Of a DNA stretch of 64,000 nt, positions 61,210-64,000 are shown one piece after another; positions within the stretch are counted from its first letter, which is position 1; each line of letters starts with the position of its first letter. The DNA is from Octopus sinensis. Lineage: Eukaryota. The stretch spans positions 1,798,001 through 1,862,000 of the forward strand of contig NC_043010.1 in assembly GCF_006345805.1 (NCBI RefSeq). Direction: 5' to 3'. Both the position numbers and the translations under genes were made by a program. Below the pieces are notes generated by a model, which worked only from the letters and a program-made list of their open reading frames with translations, ran no database searches and was not told the origin of the DNA.

Positions 61210-62450
61210 TCCAACAATGAAAATCAGCAATACCATTCTTAATGACATCAGCATTGCCACCACCACCACAACCATTATCGTAACAATAAGAACTATCATC
61301 ATTATCATCTTCATCATCCCCAACACTATTATTCCCATCATCATTATCATCACTATAATCATCATCATCATCATCATTGTCATCTTCATTAAAACCATCA
61401 TAACAACCACTGCCACCATCATTATGCTCATAATGACCACTATTGTCATCATCATCATAATCACCACCACCACTACCATCATCATAAATGCCTATTTCTT
61501 TACTACCCACAAGGGGCTAAACACAAAGGGGACAAACAAGGACAGACAAACAGATTAAGTCGATTATATCGACCCCAGTGCGAAACTGGTACTTAATTTA
61601 TCGACCCCGAAAGGATGAAAGGCAAAGTCGACCTCGGCGGAATTTGAACTCAGAACGTAATGGCAGACGAAATACGGCTAAGCCACCACCACCATCATCA
61701 TCATAAGCACCACCACCACCGTCATAACCACCGTCATAACCACCACCACCGTCATAACCACCACCACCGTCATAACCACCACCACCATCATAACTACCAC
61801 CATTATCTTTACTACTACTACTACCACCACCATCATCACCATGACTACCACCACAGCATCATAAACACCACAACCATCTTCATAACTATCACTACCATCA
61901 TCATCATAGCTATTATCACTGCCATCATCATATCTGCCACCACCACCACCACCACCACCATCATCATCATAACTACCACCCTCATCATTATTATAACCAT
62001 CCCCACCTTCATCACTTTCACCCTAACCACTACCATTAACACCAATAACAGGCTACTAAAGGAGCTTCTTTATCATTGCATGACTTGTTAAACATAGCAG
62101 CCAAATCTGTCTCAAATCATACTCTATTGCTTTAAATAATGAGGGAATATCCTGGATAATGTAGCCCTAGATACTTTATTTTAAAATATTTTTATGATTG
62201 AAATAGCTTTGATCATGGGATTGATTGATCAGGATTGACCTGGGTTTAAATAAGCTCAGTAGCAACATTTTTTGCTATAAAACCACAGCCATAACTAATA
62301 CCAACACAATAACCACAACCACCACCACCACCAACAACAACAACACCATCATAAAATATTACTAACAGCATCATGGCCACTGCCACCACCACCACTACCA
62401 CTGACAGAAACATCATCGCCATCACAATCACCATTGCCAACAATAAACTC
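61210..62450. repeat. Degenerate (CAT/CAC/AAC)n trinucleotide region containing a SINE
   Basis: Seen directly. Confidence 0.9.
61492..61680 (-). mobile_element. SINE family B1, 5'-truncated, CpG intact (young)
   Basis: Near-identical to consensus; retains gtcgacctcggcgg. Confidence 0.9.
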
Positions 62451-63036
62451 ATTCTACCTTGAAAGATCATGTTGATAACAAAGGTTAGCAAGTCTTTGAG
62501 GAAATTGTGCACTAATTTGCGTGGGTGTATGTATACACACACACACACACACACACAATATGTGCATGTACATGCATGTATGTATCTTTATGTGTGGGGA
62601 TATCTGCATCTATGTGTGTATGCACATCAGTTTGTATGTATGAGTGTACATGGGTGTGTTTGCATGTGTGTGTTTAACTGTTGTGCCTCCTATGTCTATA
62701 TATGTCTATATATGTTTTGCTAGAATGCCTCCACAGCGTATGTATTGCCATTCAAGGTAACAGTAAACATCGACACATCAAGATATTAAGTTCATCTTTT
62801 CTTTATATTTCACACAATATTTCAAATATATTCTCTGATCAACACCATCTGACTTATCTCTACATCTATATTCACCACTATCTGTCTGTCTGTCGCTCTT
62901 TAAACAAACACATACATATATACAGAAATGTTTCATGGTGAGAATATAAACATAACATTAGTAAGTCTATATATGTGTATATGTATATGCATATGTATGT
63001 GTGTGTACATATATATCTATGTATGTACATCTGTGT

Positions 63037-63068
<32 letters not shown>

Positions 63069-63295
63069 CACATATATATGTAAATTAAAATATACAGTAT
63101 TAGACATCAATTTCAGCTGATATCACCAGTCAGTTTCCCACTGGGTTTTATGTAACTGGATATTAGATAACAGTACAGTTAAGAATACCACATGCTCATC
63201 AAAGATGGCAGTTATTTAACTGTGCTGTTATATAATATCTTGTTATTTAATACCCAGTGTGAAACTGATCGGTAAGACTGGCTGGAATGGCTCTA

Positions 63296-63507
63296 TGAGA
63301 GAGTGCTGAGAAGTTCCTGACTTTGAGCAAAAGAAAGAAGGATCAGTTAATTATGATTTTATTCAACATATTCCCATCTCAGATTGACACACTTATTGCA
63401 GCATTCCTTCATTTCTTCTAAGCCCTGTAAAAGAACTTGAAAGATTGGGTCTCTAATCGGGCCTTTTGCAATACCCTTAAAGCGGGGAACTTTTCAGAAC
63501 CCTCTCA
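63296..63507. mobile_element. Mariner-type MITE with TA TSD
   Basis: TA|tgagagagtgctgagaagttcc ... ggaacttttcagaaccctctca|TA. Confidence 0.85.
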
Positions 63508-63639
63508 TATAATATTGTAAACATTGCTTAATAAACCCTTTCTGTTAAGAAATATACAAGTGCACATTTTACCTGCCATACTGATTCTTAGACAACTTTG
63601 CAACTATATATGTATGTGTAATTGTGTGTGTGTATATAT

Positions 63640-63810
63640 ATAGGGAGAGTTTATGAAAAAAAACAACAAAAGATGAAGACAGGTGGTGTACAAAACAAAC
63701 AGATGTATTAGTATAACACTCAGGAATAGAAAAAGTCTTTTATGTTTCGAGCCTATACTCTTCTACAGAAAGAGACACAGAAAACAAGGAGAGAAAAAAA
63801 AGTGTGTAGT
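63640..63810 (-). mobile_element. Short PLE-type terminal element with a degenerate hammerhead (63736-63773)
   Basis: Minus strand UCUUU-CUGUAGA-A-GAGU(AUAG)GCUC-GAAAC-AUA-AAAGA. Confidence 0.55.
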
Positions 63811-64000
63811 GGCTAACGATCTATCATAAAGTATAGGGGTTTAGTTCACAGGTGATCTAAATGATTAGATATGCTACATAAGTGCTGTAATGGATAATGA
63901 GGCTCCAAGGCTATAGCCGAGATGGTAGCTCTGGAGCCATTGCCGATTTCTGATGCACCAGATATATAATTGTTAAACAGGACGTCAAACATTTAGGCAA

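Noticed and set aside
61183-62091. Poly-His, poly-Thr and poly-Asp ORFs (also 58910-60445)
   Set aside because: Open in several frames on both strands because of stop-poor trinucleotide repeats; no splice or codon evidence.

Overview
AT-rich, repeat-saturated eukaryotic DNA. The SINE and microsatellite repertoire looks like an octopus (coleoid cephalopod); that is an inference. I found no intact host gene, rRNA, true tRNA or CRISPR array, and nearly all ORF-track entries are microsatellite or SINE artefacts. Recognisable content: a decayed Tc1 transposon (1551-3238); a degenerate Penelope-like element with RT and GIY-YIG (31501-33030) abutting a second, inverted PLE RT fragment (30845-31500); 3' ends of RTE and HERO/NeSL-like LINEs; at least five tRNA-derived SINE families; and mariner, piggyBac-like and other MITEs. 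The most interesting signals are (i) minimal hammerhead-ribozyme motifs in short PLE-type elements, the best preserved fused behind a tRNA-derived Pol III head (8589-8870); (ii) SINE dimers and trimers bounded by single target-site duplications; and (iii) a drop in CpG content near 16 kb next to an RFX-like motif, which may mark the start of a methylated gene body. All translations and folds were done by eye. Coordinates of SINE and other degenerate repeat copies are approximate (about +/-20 bp) unless a TSD or TIR is quoted. Family letters A-F are my own labels.
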